Assembly (NCBI GenBank): GCA_030148985.1
Contig: JASBSJ010000082.1
Coordinates: 1,558-65,557 of the forward strand
Source: Sphingopyxis sp.
Lineage (GTDB): Bacteria > Pseudomonadota > Alphaproteobacteria > Sphingomonadales > Sphingomonadaceae
Direction of reading: 5' to 3'
DNA: 64,000 nt
Shown piece after piece: positions 38,942 to 48,782 of the stretch. The position numbers and the translations under genes were made by a program. Position 1 is the first letter of the stretch. The number at the start of each line of letters is the position of its first letter. The notes under the pieces are model-generated. The model worked only from the letters and a program-made list of their open reading frames with translations. It did not search any database and was not told the origin of the DNA.

Positions 38942-39505
38942 ATGCCAGCCGACACCCCCATCACCTCGCGCCGCATTCTCATCATGGCCACCGACGGCTT
39001 CGAGCAGTCCGAGCTCGAAGTGCCGCTGCAACGTCTTCGGGATGCAGGAGCCGACGTCGATATCGCCTCGCTCGACACCGGCAAGATCACGGGATGGGAC
39101 GAAGACGATTGGGGCGATGAGATCGAAGTCGATCTGCGGATCGCGGATGCGAAGGTCGAGGATTATGACGCGCTTGTCCTTCCCGGCGGACAAATCAATC
39201 CCGATCTGCTTCGCGTCGAGGAGCAGGCGATCGAACTGATCCAGGGTTTCGCCAGTGCCGGCAAACCCGTGGCCGCCATTTGTCATGCCCCTTGGCTGCT
39301 GGTCGAAGCCGGCCTCGCGAAGGGACGGCGCATGACCAGCTACAAATCGATCCGCACCGATATTGCCAACGCCGGCGCTGACGTCGTCGACGAGGCCGTC
39401 GTCGTCGATGCGAATATCATCACAAGCCGCTGTCCCGATGATCTGACGGCGTTTTGCAACGCGATTATCGAGGCATTGGCCGAAACCGCCGTACCCGCCG
39501 CATAA
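38942..39505 (+). CDS. PfpI/DJ-1 family protein (type 1 glutamine amidotransferase-like)
   Basis: ATDGFEQSEL, YDALVLPGGQINPD, AAICHAPW, ITSRCPDDL; AGGAG RBS. Confidence 0.92.
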   Translation: MPADTPITSRRILIMATDGFEQSELEVPLQRLRDAGADVDIASLDTGKITGWDEDDWGDEIEVDLRIADAKVEDYDALVLPGGQINPDLLRVEEQAIELIQGFASAGKPVAAICHAPWLLVEAGLAKGRRMTSYKSIRTDIANAGADVVDEAVVVDANIITSRCPDDLTAFCNAIIEALAETAVPAA

Positions 39506-39771
39506 TCCGCCGCCGGGCGAATCGTACCGCCGGACACTCATGTCAGACTCTCGGGCCGCGCCAGGACATTGATCGCCTCCAGCCGGGCCGAGATTATCTT
39601 AGCGCTGCGTGAGCCTATCGCGCTGAGCCGATCGCGCGCTGGCATCATGCGCGATAAATGCCGCTTGGCTCGGCAGCTTTGGGCCCCCGATCCGCTATTC
39701 AACCGATCACCGACCAATTCCATCGCTGCCCTTCGCGCGCGGCAGCGGGCCGAGCAAAACCTCTTGGCATT

Positions 39772-39793
39772 TTTGTTATATATCTATATCAAA
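39772..39793. promoter_or_regulatory. Putative GntR operator, copy 1
   Basis: TTTGTTATA-TATC-TATATCAAA upstream of the CoA-transferase. Confidence 0.75.
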
Positions 39794-39835
39794 TAACCAA
39801 CTGGTGTTTCAGGACGAGGCGGGATTCGGGGATAT

Positions 39836-41020
39836 ATGGATGAACAGGCGCTGCCGCTTGCCGGCATCAGGATCATTGAATTCTCCCACATGGTGATGGG
39901 GCCGGCGGTCGGCGTGATCCTGGCCGATCTGGGTGCGGACGTTATCAAGGTCGAACCGATCGGCGGCGATCAGACCCGGCGCCTGCTGGGGTCGGGCGCG
40001 GGCTATTTCCCGATGTTCAACCGGAACAAGCGCAGCATCTGCCTTGACCTCAAAAGCGCAAAAGGGCTCGACGCCGCGCGCCGTCTGACCAGCAAGGCGG
40101 ACATCGTGATCGAAAATTTCCGTCCCGGCACGCTCGACCGGCTCGGCTTGGGCTACGACGCGCTGCGCGCGATCAACGAACGGCTGATCTATTGTTCGGC
40201 CAAGGGTTTTCTCCCCGGTCCCTATGAACATCGCACCGCGCTGGACGAGGTCACGCAGATGATGGGCGGCCTCGCCTATATGACGGGGCCGCCGGGCCGT
40301 CCGCTGCGCGCCGGATCGTCGGTCATCGACATCACCGGCGGCATGTTCGGGGTGATCGGCATCCTCGCCGCGCTCGAACGACGCCACCGCACCGGCCAGG
40401 GGGGAGAGGTCAAATGCTCGCTCTACGAAACCACGGCTTTCCTCGTCGGCCAGCATATGGCGCAAAAGGCGGTGACCGGACAGGCGGCGGCGCCGATGCC
40501 GGTGCGGATTTCGGCGTGGGCGATCTACGACGTGTTCGAAACCGCCAATGCCGACGAACAGCTTTTTGTCGGCGTGGTCAGCGATAGCCAGTGGCAGGCC
40601 TTTTGCCGCGCCTTCGGGTTTGACGCGCTCGCCGCCGACCCGGCCTATGCGACCAATAATCAGCGGGTGATGGCGCGCGACACGCTGCTGCCGCTGGTCC
40701 GCGCGCGGTTCGAAGCGATGTCGCGGGCGGATCTGGTGGCAAAGCTCGAAACGATCGGCCTGCCGTTCGCCGCGATCGTGCGGCCCGAGGATCTGTTCGA
40801 CGACCCGCATCTGGTCGCGGGCAACGGGCTGGTCGATGTCACCATTCCGGGGGGCGAGGCGACGCGCCTTCCCGCGCTGCCGATCGCATTCGACGACCAG
40901 CGCCCCGCGCTTCGCCACGACATCCCGACCATCGATCAGGACGGGGCCGACATTCTGCGCGAAATCGGCTTTGATGAAGCGGACATCGCCGAACTGACGC
41001 ACGCCGCGGTTGCCGGATGA
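39836..41020 (+). CDS. Class III (CaiB/BaiF) CoA-transferase
   Basis: PLAGIRIIE, LADLGADVIKVEP, NRNKRS, ENFRPG, catalytic D in SVIDITGG. Confidence 0.94.
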   Translation: MDEQALPLAGIRIIEFSHMVMGPAVGVILADLGADVIKVEPIGGDQTRRLLGSGAGYFPMFNRNKRSICLDLKSAKGLDAARRLTSKADIVIENFRPGTLDRLGLGYDALRAINERLIYCSAKGFLPGPYEHRTALDEVTQMMGGLAYMTGPPGRPLRAGSSVIDITGGMFGVIGILAALERRHRTGQGGEVKCSLYETTAFLVGQHMAQKAVTGQAAAPMPVRISAWAIYDVFETANADEQLFVGVVSDSQWQAFCRAFGFDALAADPAYATNNQRVMARDTLLPLVRARFEAMSRADLVAKLETIGLPFAAIVRPEDLFDDPHLVAGNGLVDVTIPGGEATRLPALPIAFDDQRPALRHDIPTIDQDGADILREIGFDEADIAELTHAAVAG

Positions 41021-42426
41021 CGCCGCGAACCGCTTTCGAAAAGATCTGGGCCGATCATCTGGTGGCGGATCTCGGCGACGGCACCGGGTTGCTGCTGATC
41101 GACCGCATTCTGCTCCACGAACGCACCGGCGGCGTCGCGCTGAACAGCCTCGCCGACGCGGGCCGGACCGTGGCGGCGCCGGAGCAGGTCTTTGCGACGA
41201 TGGATCATGTCGTCGATACGCGGACCGGCCGTACCGACGCCACCCTGATGCCCACGGGAACCCGGTTCATCGCGGCAACCCGCGCCGCCGCCCGCGCCGC
41301 GGGGCTGACGCTGTTCGATCTGGATGACCCGCGTCAGGGGATCGTCCATGTCATCTCGCCCGAACTGGCGATCGTTCTGCCGGGGCTCACGCTGGTCTGT
41401 CCCGACAGCCATACCTGCAGCCAGGGCGCACTCGGCGCGCTTGCGTGGGGGATCGGTTCGACCGAGGCCGAACATGCGCTGGCGACCAATACACTGCGCG
41501 TCGGCAAGCCCAGGACGATGCGGGTCACCGTCACCGGCCGACTGGGCACGGGGGTCACCGCCAAGGATCTGGCGCTGCACCTGCTCGATCGGTTCGGCTC
41601 TGCGGGCGCGCAGGGTCATGTCGTCGAATATGCCGGCGAAGCGGTCAGCGCGCTCGATGTCGAGGCACGGCTGACCCTGTGCAACATGGCGACCGAATTC
41701 TCGGCCTTCAGCGCCTTTATCGCCCCCGACGAGGTGGCGTTCGACTATCTGAAGGGTCGCGCCTATGCACCGGACGGCGCGGAGTGGGAGCGCGCCGTCG
41801 AGAACTGGCGCGGCCTCGTTAGCGATCCGGGCGCGGTGTTCGACGCGGAGCTGACAATCGATGCCGCCGATGTCGCGCCGATGGTGAGCTGGGGGACCAG
41901 CCCGCAACAGGCGGTGCCGCTGGGCCGTCCGGTGCCGCATCACAGCGCGGTCGCCGGCCGCGACACGCGCGAAGCTTATGACCGCGCGCTCGACTATATG
42001 GGACTTACGGCCGGTCAGGCGATCGAGGGGCTGCCGATCGACGCCGCGTTTATCGGTTCCTGCACCAACAGCCGGCTGTCCGACCTGCGCCGCGCCGCGG
42101 CGATCCTGAAGGGCCGCCGCGTCGCCGATGGCGTGAAGGCGATCTGCGTGCCGGGATCGACAATGGTCAAGGCCGCCGCGGAGGCAGAGGGGCTCGACCG
42201 CATCTTTCGCGACGCGGGGTTCGAATGGCGCGAGTCCGGCTGTTCGATGTGTTTCTTCGCGGGCGGTGAGAGTTTTGGGACGCAGGAGCGTATCATCAGT
42301 TCGACCAACCGCAATTTCGAAAGCCGCCAGGGCCCCGGCACGCGAACCCATCTTGCCTCGCCCGAAACCGTCGCGGCGTCGGCGGTCGCGGGCCGTATCG
42401 CCGATCCGCGCAGGACCGGCGCATGA
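41017..42426 (+). CDS. LeuC/DmdA-like Fe-S hydro-lyase, large subunit
   Basis: QGIVHV, DSHT, CNM, IGSCTN, GCSMC, STNRNFESRQG. Confidence 0.9.
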   Translation: MTPRTAFEKIWADHLVADLGDGTGLLLIDRILLHERTGGVALNSLADAGRTVAAPEQVFATMDHVVDTRTGRTDATLMPTGTRFIAATRAAARAAGLTLFDLDDPRQGIVHVISPELAIVLPGLTLVCPDSHTCSQGALGALAWGIGSTEAEHALATNTLRVGKPRTMRVTVTGRLGTGVTAKDLALHLLDRFGSAGAQGHVVEYAGEAVSALDVEARLTLCNMATEFSAFSAFIAPDEVAFDYLKGRAYAPDGAEWERAVENWRGLVSDPGAVFDAELTIDAADVAPMVSWGTSPQQAVPLGRPVPHHSAVAGRDTREAYDRALDYMGLTAGQAIEGLPIDAAFIGSCTNSRLSDLRRAAAILKGRRVADGVKAICVPGSTMVKAAAEAEGLDRIFRDAGFEWRESGCSMCFFAGGESFGTQERIISSTNRNFESRQGPGTRTHLASPETVAASAVAGRIADPRRTGA

Positions 42427-43013
42427 CCCCGTTCACCACCCTTACCGCAATCGCCGCGCCGCTGATCCGCGACAATATCGATACCGACGCGATCATCCCC
42501 TCGCGCGAGATGAAGTCGGTCGGAAAGACCGGGCTTGCCGACGGGCTGTTCGCCGGGTGGCGCTACACCGCGATCGGATCGCGCGAGCCGGACCCGTCGT
42601 TCATCCTCAACGATCCCCGCTACGCCGAAGCGCAGATCCTGCTCGCCGGGGCCAATTTCGGCTGCGGTTCCAGCCGCGAACATGCCGCCTGGGCGCTCGC
42701 CGAATATGGTTTCCGGGCGATCGTCGCGGCGTCCTTCAATCCGATCTTTCGTGGAAATTGCGTGCGCAACGGCATCGTCCCGGTCGAAATCGACGCGACG
42801 CAGATTGACGCCGACGGACCGATCACGATCGATCTTCCCCGCCAGACGCTGACGAGTGCCTCGGGACAACACATCGCCTTTGCGATCGACGCGGAGGCCA
42901 AGGCGATGCTGATCGGCGGGCTGGACGCGATCGACATGACCCTTGCGCGCGCTGCAGAGATTGCGCGCTTTCGCGACGCCGACCGCAACCGGCGCCCCTG
43001 GGCCTATCTCTAA
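42423..43013 (+). CDS. LeuD/DmdB-like hydro-lyase, small subunit
   Basis: NIDTDAIIP, NFGCGSSREHA, GLDAI; ATGA coupling to the large subunit. Confidence 0.92.
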   Translation: MTPFTTLTAIAAPLIRDNIDTDAIIPSREMKSVGKTGLADGLFAGWRYTAIGSREPDPSFILNDPRYAEAQILLAGANFGCGSSREHAAWALAEYGFRAIVAASFNPIFRGNCVRNGIVPVEIDATQIDADGPITIDLPRQTLTSASGQHIAFAIDAEAKAMLIGGLDAIDMTLARAAEIARFRDADRNRRPWAYL

Positions 43014-43019
43014 AAGAAG

Positions 43020-43041
43020 GCGGGCCGCCGAAGCGGCCCGC
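43020..43041. terminator. Hairpin between convergent operons
   Basis: GCGGGCCGC-CGAA-GCGGCCCGC. Confidence 0.6.
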
Positions 43042-43076
43042 AGGGTCACGCCAGGATTTGAGGGGCTCTTGCGAGC

Positions 43077-44204
43077 CTATTCGTGCGGCTCGTATCGCGG
43101 CACGTCATAATCATATTTGCGCCACTCGCCGTTGATATATTCAATGCCCGTCTTGTAGCTGCAGTCGGTGACATAGGTCGCCCAAAGCCGCGTGCCGGTA
43201 CGCACCAGCGTCCAGCCCCAATTGGCCGTGCCGTTGCCCTTTTTCAGATTTCCGTCGCCGTCGCGTTCGCCCGGGGGCGCCTGGGCGACGGTCCCGTGCC
43301 CGACGCCGGCCGCGCGCCAGAAATAGCCGCGCGTCCCGCGCTTATAGGTGGACACGCCTTGCTCGACGCATTCGCCGCCATAGACGGAGCGCGTGGGGCC
43401 GCGTTCGTCGCTCGTGGCGACGCGGGTGCCTTCGGGAATATAATATTCCTCAAAGCTCGGATGGACCTCGGCGCCGCCGCCGAAATTGCCGGGCTTCGAA
43501 CTCGGCGGGGCCGGAATGCTGGACACGAAGGTCATCCAGGTCATTTCACCGGTGTCGGGATCCTTGCGCATCAGATTGTGCAGATAGCCGGGGAAGTTGC
43601 CGCCGGTGCGATAGGCCGGAAACGGCTCGTCGATATACCAGGCTTCCTTGTAGCGGTTCCAGTCGCGGACACGCGCGTGGGTGCGCGCGCCGCGCTTGCC
43701 CTTGGATGCGACGACGAACTTCGGCGGCCCCTTGAACCATTGCAGCAGCACCGCGCCCTGTCGCGACGTCACCTGGCCGCGAAACATGCCGGCCGGGATA
43801 TAGCTGTAGGAATATTTGCTGAGCTTTTCGTCGCCGATGGTCATATCGCCGTCCAGAACGACGATCTCGTTATCGACCTCGTCATATCCGGGGGGAAGGC
43901 GCCAGCCCGCGGGGACATAGGTAATCTGCGCGACCGCATCCATGCTGGGCGATTCGCTCAGCAATCGGCGATAGAGGCCCGGGGCGAAACCCGGCGCCAC
44001 AAAAGGCTCCCAGCCCACGAACTCGATATTGGGGATGTTGTGCATCAGCCCCGGACGGCCTTCAACCTCATAGCCCTTTTCGGGCACCGGGAACGGCGGC
44101 GCCTGACTGACCGTAGGCGGGCCATAGGATTGTGCGAGCACGGGGGCCGCCAGGGCGGTGAGACCGGCCGACAAAGCAAGGGTCAGACAGGATTGGCGCG
44201 ACAT
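43077..44204 (-). CDS. Secreted bicupin-like protein (DUF4437-like), paralog 3
   Basis: Signal peptide ending VLA, AAGGAGG RBS, two cupin-like halves, strong similarity to 45206-46315. Confidence 0.7.
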   Translation of the reverse strand: MSRQSCLTLALSAGLTALAAPVLAQSYGPPTVSQAPPFPVPEKGYEVEGRPGLMHNIPNIEFVGWEPFVAPGFAPGLYRRLLSESPSMDAVAQITYVPAGWRLPPGYDEVDNEIVVLDGDMTIGDEKLSKYSYSYIPAGMFRGQVTSRQGAVLLQWFKGPPKFVVASKGKRGARTHARVRDWNRYKEAWYIDEPFPAYRTGGNFPGYLHNLMRKDPDTGEMTWMTFVSSIPAPPSSKPGNFGGGAEVHPSFEEYYIPEGTRVATSDERGPTRSVYGGECVEQGVSTYKRGTRGYFWRAAGVGHGTVAQAPPGERDGDGNLKKGNGTANWGWTLVRTGTRLWATYVTDCSYKTGIEYINGEWRKYDYDVPRYEPHE

Positions 44205-44218
44205 GGTCATCCTCCTTC

Positions 44219-45151
44219 TCACTTCGCCTGCGCCGAAGGCTCGGCGCATGAATCGCTATAGCTTTTCCACGAACCGGGCCCCCTGCGGTAAAGCCAAACG
44301 GAATAGCTGTCGGAATATTGGCTGAGCCCGCCGTGGGCGATGCCCGCGGGGCGGAAGAAATAGCCATCCGGGGCATAGGTTCCGGCCACCTGTCCTTGCG
44401 GCAGGCATTCGGCGATCGTCATATCGCCGGCGAGCATATAGCCTTCTTCCCAACCCTTGCTGGTCGCCCACAGCGGCAGGTCGCCTTCGCCGCTCATCAC
44501 CGGATAACCGCCCGGCGCGGTTGCGATCCAGGTCACTTCGCCGGTCGCCGGGTCGGAGCGGAGCATTTTTACATGCACCGGCGAGTTCGTCATGATCGGC
44601 TCGTCGCGGAACTTGGGCAGGACGCTTGGTGTCGTGGTCGGCACGTCGTGATAACCAATCCCGTCGATCGCGCCCGGCTTGGCGTCGGGGCGCGACGTTG
44701 CGCTCGCGACATAATCGGGCGCTCCGCTCCAGAAGAACAGGACGGTCGCGCCTTCCTTGGTGCCAAAGCTGTGCGCGGTGCCGGCCGGGTAATAGGCATA
44801 GGCATAACGGCCCATCGGCTTGTCGCCGATGCTCATCCCGCCGTCGACCACGAACATCTCGAGATCGGCGCTATGATAGCCGGAGGGCTGCGTCCAGCCG
44901 GCCGGCAGCGTGACGAGCAGCGTCCGCGCGCCGGTCTTGTCGTCAAAGCTCAGCAGCTTGAATTCGACGGGCGGCAGGCCGGTAAAGATCAGCGGGCGCA
45001 GGTGCAGGTTGCGCGGTGCCACGAAGCCGACAAACTCGCTCGACCGATCGCGCGACTGGGGGACGCGGATGTCCTGAGCCAGTGCGCCGGTTCCTAGCAG
45101 CAACGCGCCGCACAGTAACAGGCCTCTTCGCAGTCTTTTGCTTGTCGGCAT
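44219..45151 (-). CDS. Secreted bicupin-like protein (DUF4437-like), paralog 2
   Basis: Signal peptide ending ALA; KLLSFDDKTGARTLLV, GYHSADLEMFVVDG, YYPAGTAH, WEEGYMLAGD, YFFRPAGIAHG. Confidence 0.75.
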   Translation of the reverse strand: MPTSKRLRRGLLLCGALLLGTGALAQDIRVPQSRDRSSEFVGFVAPRNLHLRPLIFTGLPPVEFKLLSFDDKTGARTLLVTLPAGWTQPSGYHSADLEMFVVDGGMSIGDKPMGRYAYAYYPAGTAHSFGTKEGATVLFFWSGAPDYVASATSRPDAKPGAIDGIGYHDVPTTTPSVLPKFRDEPIMTNSPVHVKMLRSDPATGEVTWIATAPGGYPVMSGEGDLPLWATSKGWEEGYMLAGDMTIAECLPQGQVAGTYAPDGYFFRPAGIAHGGLSQYSDSYSVWLYRRGPGSWKSYSDSCAEPSAQAK

Positions 45152-45205
45152 TGTCAGCTCCCCTTGTTTCGATGGCTTCGGATGGTGGGTATCTCGCGCC
45201 CCGCG

Positions 45206-46315
45206 CTACGGCTTCACCCGGTATCGCGGCACATTGTAATCATATTTTTCCCAACCCTTTCGGGTGTATTCGAGCCCGGTTTTATAGCTGCAGTCGGTGA
45301 CATAGGTGGCCCACAGCGACGTTCCCGTCCGGACCAGCGATACCGAATAGCCGGGCGTGCCGGGCGAGGTTCCGTGCGAACCGCCATGCGCGACGCCGCC
45401 GGGGCGCCACCAATAGGTGCCGTTGCCGTAGGTAACTGGGGCCTCACCCTGTTCGAGGCACTCGCCGATCACCGTGTCATGCGTCTTTTCGAGGAAATAA
45501 TATTCCTCGAAGCTGGGATGCACTTCATAACCGCCGCCGAAATTGCCCGGTCTTCCGCTGGCGGCCGCCGGAATGCTCGCGCCGAAGCTCATCCAGGTCA
45601 TCTCGCCCGAATCGGGATCCTGGCGCAGGAGTTTGTGCAGCGCGCCCGGGAAATTTCCGCCGGTGCGATAGGCCGGGAACGGCTCGTCGATATACCATGC
45701 GGCGGCGAAATGGTTCCAGTCGCGAACGCGCGCATGTTCGCGCGCGCCCTTCTTGCTCTTCGTCGCGGCGATGAATTTGGGTGATCCCTTGAACCATTGC
45801 AGCAACACCGCGCCCTGCCGCGACCGTACGGGGCCGCGCACCACGCCCGCCGGAACATAGCTGTAGGAATATTTGCTCAGTCTCTCGTCGCCGATCGCCA
45901 GATCGCCATCAAGGACGAGGATTTCGTTGTCGACCTCGTCATATCCCCTCGGCTGGGTCCAGCCTGCGGGCACATAGGTAATCTGTGCGACGGCGCCCAT
46001 GCTGGGCGACTCGCTCAGGTGGCGGCGCAGCAACCCTTTCGGAAAGCCCGGCGCGGCAAAGGGCTGCCATTCCAGCTTGGTGGTATCGTAATGGAGGACG
46101 AATCCCGAGCCGGGCGGCCCCGGACGGCCCTCGACCGCATAGCCGTCGTCGGGCACTGGAAAAGGCGGCCTCTGATCGGTGGACGGCGGCCCCTCGGTCT
46201 GGGCCGCCGCGGGCACCAACGCCATCGCGGCGCAGCAAGCCGGCAGGATCGTCCACAATGCGGCACCACGCGATGCCGCGCCGCCAGTCGCTCCCGCTCG
46301 GCCCGCCGCCCGCAT
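45206..46315 (-). CDS. Secreted bicupin-like protein (DUF4437-like), paralog 1
   Basis: Start overlaps the receptor stop; signal peptide ending AAA; EVHPSFEEYYFL and YWWRPGGVAHG. Confidence 0.7.
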   Translation of the reverse strand: MRAAGRAGATGGAASRGAALWTILPACCAAMALVPAAAQTEGPPSTDQRPPFPVPDDGYAVEGRPGPPGSGFVLHYDTTKLEWQPFAAPGFPKGLLRRHLSESPSMGAVAQITYVPAGWTQPRGYDEVDNEILVLDGDLAIGDERLSKYSYSYVPAGVVRGPVRSRQGAVLLQWFKGSPKFIAATKSKKGAREHARVRDWNHFAAAWYIDEPFPAYRTGGNFPGALHKLLRQDPDSGEMTWMSFGASIPAAASGRPGNFGGGYEVHPSFEEYYFLEKTHDTVIGECLEQGEAPVTYGNGTYWWRPGGVAHGGSHGTSPGTPGYSVSLVRTGTSLWATYVTDCSYKTGLEYTRKGWEKYDYNVPRYRVKP

Positions 46316-48528
46316 CAGAAGGAATATCCGACGCGGAACATGACCTGGCGCGGTTCGCCGGGATAGCCGGTCACCGCCGGCTGCACCGGGTTGGCGCTCA
46401 GCAAACCGGCGACCAGATAGCGCTTGTTGGCAAGATTGCGTCCTTCGACCGACAAGCTCCAGTGATCATCGTCGCTGTGCCAGCCGACCGAGGCATTGAA
46501 AAGGTCCAGCGGGGCGGTCTGAACCAGATCGGTCTGGTTGGAGATCGTGTTATATACTTTGGACGTGTGATCCCAGTTGGCGCCGATCGACAGCGAGCCC
46601 CAGCCATCGGCCAGCGTTGGCGAATAGCGGAAGCCAAGGCTGATTTTCGCCTTGGGCAAGCCCTTGATCTCATTTCCCGTACAATCGACCCAGACGCCGA
46701 ACTGGTTCGCACAGCTGAAGCTCTTGGTATATTTGCCGTCGTTGAACGCCATGTTGCCATAGAGTTCAAGATCGTCGGTCACCCGCAAGTTCGGTTCGAG
46801 CTCAAGGCCCCACACGCGGGCGGCACCCGCGTTGAGCGTCACGATGAACGCGGCGCCGGGGATGATCGTGCTCAGCTGCAGATCGCTGTAATCCGCTACA
46901 TAGCCCGTTGCATTCAGCCGAAAACCGATGCTGGGGAAGTTCATTTTGGCACCCAGTTCGTAACTGTCGACGAACTCGGCACCATAGGGTGTCGGGACCA
47001 GCTGAGCAGTGATCGGATCGCGCGAGTTGAAGCCCCCGCTGCGCGTGCCTTTGGTCCATGAGGCATAGGTGAACAGATTGTCGTTGATCTCCCAGTTCAC
47101 GCCCAGCTTGGGCGTGACCGAGGAGAAAGTGGAGCGCCCCTCCTGCTCGCCGGCCGCAGACCCGATCGTCAGCGCATAATAGTTGGTCGTCTCGCGGGTG
47201 TAGCGCAGGCCGCCCAACACGCTGACTCCGCCGCCGATCGTGTAGGTCGCCTGGGCAAAGATTGCGGGCGCCTCGACCTTGTTGGCCGCATCGTCGGTCT
47301 GCGCGGTCCCCGCCGCACCCTGCTGCGTGCCTTTCTCGGTGAAATAATAGACGCCGGCGACAGCTTTAAGCCTGTCGCCCGTGTAGATGAGGTTCACTTC
47401 TTGCGTGAACCATTCGCTGTCGAACTGCACGCGGTTGGCATTGGCGACGACCAGTCGTCCGCCATTGGCTGCGATACGCGCCGGCGACAGGAAGGTGTCG
47501 TTACCCAGGCTCTCCTGATTCAGTCGGCCATAGCCGGTGATCGAGCCGATCTCGAGGTCGTCGGTGATCGCATAGGTTGCGTTGAGACTGGCGCCGCGCT
47601 GATAGATGCGCTGATAGAGGTTGGCGAAAACCTCATTGACCGTCAGGTCGCGGTCGGGGGTTGCATAGGGATCGGTCACGCCGATCGGCGCGATCAGCGG
47701 GATGGGGATGTTGGAATCCGAACGATCCTGCATCGCATAGGCTGAAAGCTCGAATGTCAGCTCGGGGGTCGGTTCGAACAGCAGCTTCAGACGCTGGGCC
47801 GAACGGTCCAGATCGCCGATCCGATCATCATACTCGATACCGTAAACGAACCCGTCGCGCTTGCGGAAAAGCCCGCTGACCGAGAATGACAGCATGTCTT
47901 CGATGATCGGCCCGCTGAGATAGGCTTTGGCCTCGACCGCCTTATAGTTGCCCACTGCCACCTGCGCCGCGCCGGTCCAGTCATAGGACGGCCGCTTGGT
48001 CACCAGCTTGATCGCGCCGCCCGAGGTGTTGCGACCATAGAGCGTTCCTTGCGGACCGCGCAGGAACTCGACCCGCTCGACATCGAAGAAATCGAAGAAG
48101 GAGCCGTTGGGCCGGGGCTGAATGACGTTGTCGATATACACGCCGACCGTGCCGTTCGCGCGAATACCACCCGTTTCGGTACCGGCGCCGCGCACGACGA
48201 TCTTCATCTGCGACGACCCCGCCGTTGCCTGCGACAGCGTGATGCCCGGAACCTGATTGGCGATATCGCGAACGTCGCGAACCTGCCGCTCTTGCAGCAC
48301 ACCCTCGCCCAGCGCCGTCACCGAGATGGGCGTGGTCCGCACCGTGCCGCCATAGCGCTCGGCGGTGACGACGATTTCCCCGTCGTCCTGTGCATCCTCC
48401 GCGATCATCGGTTCGGTCGCCTGGCTGTCCGGCGCCTCCTGAGCCCAGGCGGGCCCGGCCATCGCGGCGGAAGCCAGAAGCGCAGCGAGCAGGAGTGCGC
48501 GCGGTGTAGGCTGGGACAGTTGCGTCAT
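46315..48528 (-). CDS. TonB-dependent receptor (module 4)
   Basis: EIVVTAER, VERVEFLRGPQGTLYGRNTSGGAI, terminal YSF. Confidence 0.95.
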   Translation of the reverse strand: MTQLSQPTPRALLLAALLASAAMAGPAWAQEAPDSQATEPMIAEDAQDDGEIVVTAERYGGTVRTTPISVTALGEGVLQERQVRDVRDIANQVPGITLSQATAGSSQMKIVVRGAGTETGGIRANGTVGVYIDNVIQPRPNGSFFDFFDVERVEFLRGPQGTLYGRNTSGGAIKLVTKRPSYDWTGAAQVAVGNYKAVEAKAYLSGPIIEDMLSFSVSGLFRKRDGFVYGIEYDDRIGDLDRSAQRLKLLFEPTPELTFELSAYAMQDRSDSNIPIPLIAPIGVTDPYATPDRDLTVNEVFANLYQRIYQRGASLNATYAITDDLEIGSITGYGRLNQESLGNDTFLSPARIAANGGRLVVANANRVQFDSEWFTQEVNLIYTGDRLKAVAGVYYFTEKGTQQGAAGTAQTDDAANKVEAPAIFAQATYTIGGGVSVLGGLRYTRETTNYYALTIGSAAGEQEGRSTFSSVTPKLGVNWEINDNLFTYASWTKGTRSGGFNSRDPITAQLVPTPYGAEFVDSYELGAKMNFPSIGFRLNATGYVADYSDLQLSTIIPGAAFIVTLNAGAARVWGLELEPNLRVTDDLELYGNMAFNDGKYTKSFSCANQFGVWVDCTGNEIKGLPKAKISLGFRYSPTLADGWGSLSIGANWDHTSKVYNTISNQTDLVQTAPLDLFNASVGWHSDDDHWSLSVEGRNLANKRYLVAGLLSANPVQPAVTGYPGEPRQVMFRVGYSF

Positions 48529-48645
48529 GATTAAACCCCCTGATTATCCATGTGACCCAATCGGCCAATTGTTCCTGGCTCTGCGCGCGGAGCATCTTTT
48601 CTCGTTGGAGGTCCGGTTACGACTCGCGGGAGATGTCCGGCCTCA

Positions 48646-48716
48646 TTTGTTATGCATTCATATCAAATCACGAGTCGGCCCGCTCGGCAAGTGATTTGTT
48701 ATAGATTTATGATGAT
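48646..48716. promoter_or_regulatory. Putative GntR operators, copies 2 and 3
   Basis: TTTGTTATG-CATT-CATATCAAA (48646-48667) and TTTGTTATA-GATT-TATGATGAT (48695-48716). Confidence 0.7.
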
Positions 48717-48782
48717 TGAGTGATTGAACCTGTCATTTCCGGGACTTGAGCAGCAAGATTCAAACGCGGGCGCAGCGCGGGA

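Noticed and set aside
41017-43013. Housekeeping leuC/leuD
   Set aside because: Motifs are divergent and the context is catabolic, so gene symbols were withheld.
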